DNA of 63,170 bases, the filler included, from Craspedostauros australis (lineage: Eukaryota), in NCBI GenBank assembly GCA_030167865.1. It is 13 parts of 13 records of this genome, joined end to end, with 100 filler letters (N's around TTAATTAATTAA, not from the genome) between each part and the next. Parts side by side here need not be neighbours in the genome. Positions count along the whole stretch, not along the records: positions 58,214 to 63,170 come from JALAGF010005868.1; 12 more parts are not named here. The stretch is one strand, 5' to 3'. Below, one piece after another: positions 61,301 through 63,170 of this stretch (the first letter of the stretch is position 1; each line of letters opens with the position of its first letter). Both the position numbers and the translations under genes were made by a program. The notes under the pieces are model-generated. The model was not told the origin of the DNA. It made no database searches and saw nothing but the letters and a program-made list of their open reading frames with translations.

Positions 61301-63170
61301 GCGCGTGTGTACACGCACCTGCACGGTCAACTTTCGAAGTTATCGATCGCATCATAGTAGATCGTCGAAGATTCAAAGTACACATCATTGGCAAACATCA
61401 TGTTGCTCAATGGTTATCGAACAGAGAGGCAGATTGGATTTGCGTCCATGAGCAGTCCTCTGCACTCCTCCCTTTCCGCTTCGGTCTGTGGGATCGCTCC
61501 TCTTCGACCGTCCGGAATCTGAATAGAGAATGGGATTTCTGGGTAGTCCATGCGCCATGCATTCAATGGTCTGCGCTTAAGGCGCAACGGACATCGTGCA
61601 TTGTTCATGTCCCAGTGCGACGCCTCATCGATCTTCCTGTCGGGGAAGCTCCGAATTAGGGTGAGATTATGTACCGGCACTTGGATGGCGCGGTCAATCT
61701 CCTCGTCCACGTTCACTCCATTTATTTCTATTTCGTTCTCGTCTGTGTCCGCTTCGGTTGTTACGCCTTCGTCGTAATTGGTATCCTCCTCGTTGTCGTG
61801 AGTGCGGCCGCCTTTCTCTTTATTCTTGGATGGAGAGAGTTTTCGGTTGATCAACTCTTCGTGGTCGATCGTAGATCCGTAGTAGCCATGCACTCCCGAA
61901 GTGTACTCGGCTGTCTTCTCCCTGGTCAACTCGTAGTCGTTGACTGGTGTTCCGCTGTTGAAGTCGGAGACATCATCATTGTCAGTTGTCACGAGTATCC
62001 ATCGTGTAGTTTCCCGTGGTCACATTGTTGTTTTGTTGTTCGCGATTTCGGAGATGACCACGAATTTCGTGTTGGTCATCGCGCATCATCGCGTGGTTTC
62101 TGATGGTCACATTTTTGATTTGCTGTTCGCGATGTCGGTGGTGCCCACAAATTACGTGCTGGTCACATTTTTGATGTCGACCGCGTTTTTGTTGTTCGTG
62201 ATTTGGGTGGTGACCACAAATTTCGTGTCGGTCACATTTTTGGTGTCGACCACGTCTTCGTTGATGATCACGCACATCGGCTCGTCAATGATGAGAGCGA
62301 TGTCATCCATCCCGTCAACAGCGACGTTGGTCGACTCAGCCTCCTGCATCGCGGACTTTGTTTGTTATCGCGGTTGCTCTGCCTCTTGGCATCACCGCTA
62401 TTCTTGCGTCATCTCACTGTCGTGGGCATCGCGGTTAGGACTGTTACTCCCCAACCGATCGATCCGTAGCCAGCATCATCTCGCTGTCACTACTGTTGCC
62501 TCGTGCGCGCTTATAACCGTTTTGGATACGGTGGCGATCGTAGATGAGGCTCATAGCTGCGCGGATGTTCCGAATCGTTGTCTTCCCCGATGCGAGGATA
62601 CCTCCTGTTCCTCGGCTTTCGTCTCGAGCGTGGGATCGAAGCGTGGTCGGACCTCTCGTCCGCCTTGTTGCAGCACTGTCCCTTCTCATCGAAGCACACA
62701 CTTCCTGTGTTGCTATTTTTATTGTTGTCGCCAATTCATGGCTGGTAGGTTACATCCTTANCTCCGCGATCATATCGCAGCAGTATTCGCAGCCAGCACT
62801 CGAACCTGTATCACACGATGGCCAACAGCGCCATGTGATCATCTCGGTGCTTCCATTGCTGCTCTTCGCGTCACTTGCGATGTGCTCACGACCATGGGCC
62901 ATGCCCATGCCTGCGTATATCTTGTTCGTTCTTTATCATCGCATCATCTCATTGAGCTCCTTCAGCTCTCTCGCCTTCATGGCGCAGTCTGCTGACTCCG
63001 ATGCGTCCGAGAGCGTGGCCTGCTGTGTTCGAATCTCTTCTTGCGTGCAGCTTGCTCTCGTGCTCCAACCTAGCCGTGAAGGTCTTCGTGCCTTCCTCGA
63101 CTTCATGGTCCCATGACCATGGACAGTTCTTCTAATGCGTGTGTCGAGCGCCTCCTTGCTTCCAGTAGTA

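Noticed and set aside
61940..62995. 351-aa hydrophobic plus-strand ORF
   Set aside because: It is most likely the antisense shadow of a decayed minus-strand retroelement region with repetitive composition.

Overview
Eukaryotic genomic DNA, most consistent with a diatom. This is an inference from spliceosomal introns, diatom-type gene families and CoDi-like Ty1/copia elements. The window is not one locus: about 13 draft contigs are joined by N-TTAATTAATTAA-N spacers, and many internal 50-N gaps have duplicated, probably haplotypic, flanks. Host genes are an ASPM-like IQ protein (partial), an H15/linker-histone-like protein, ALG2, a divergent patatin-like lipase, an RNI-like LRR protein, a three-exon type-I membrane protein, a His-rich ZIP transporter, a HAT-repeat protein, a DUF1749 hydrolase and a BTB/POZ protein. 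The standout is an apparently intronless ~4.7 kb NRPS-like gene (35637-40411, minus strand) fusing a fatty acyl-AMP ligase, a carrier domain and an epsilon-poly-L-lysine-synthetase (Pls/PosA)-type membrane terminal region. It shares a contig with the ZIP transporter and the DUF1749 hydrolase. The rest is transposon-rich: two diverged Sola3-like transposases, a repeat ending CTC|TTAA, an intron-containing piggyBac-like protein, several copia fragments, an internally deleted gag-RNaseH copia, and an LTR-like family that repeatedly cuts open reading frames. There is also a 20-bp tandem array and a patch of degenerate telomere-like repeats. All family assignments come from motif recognition by eye, not database searches.
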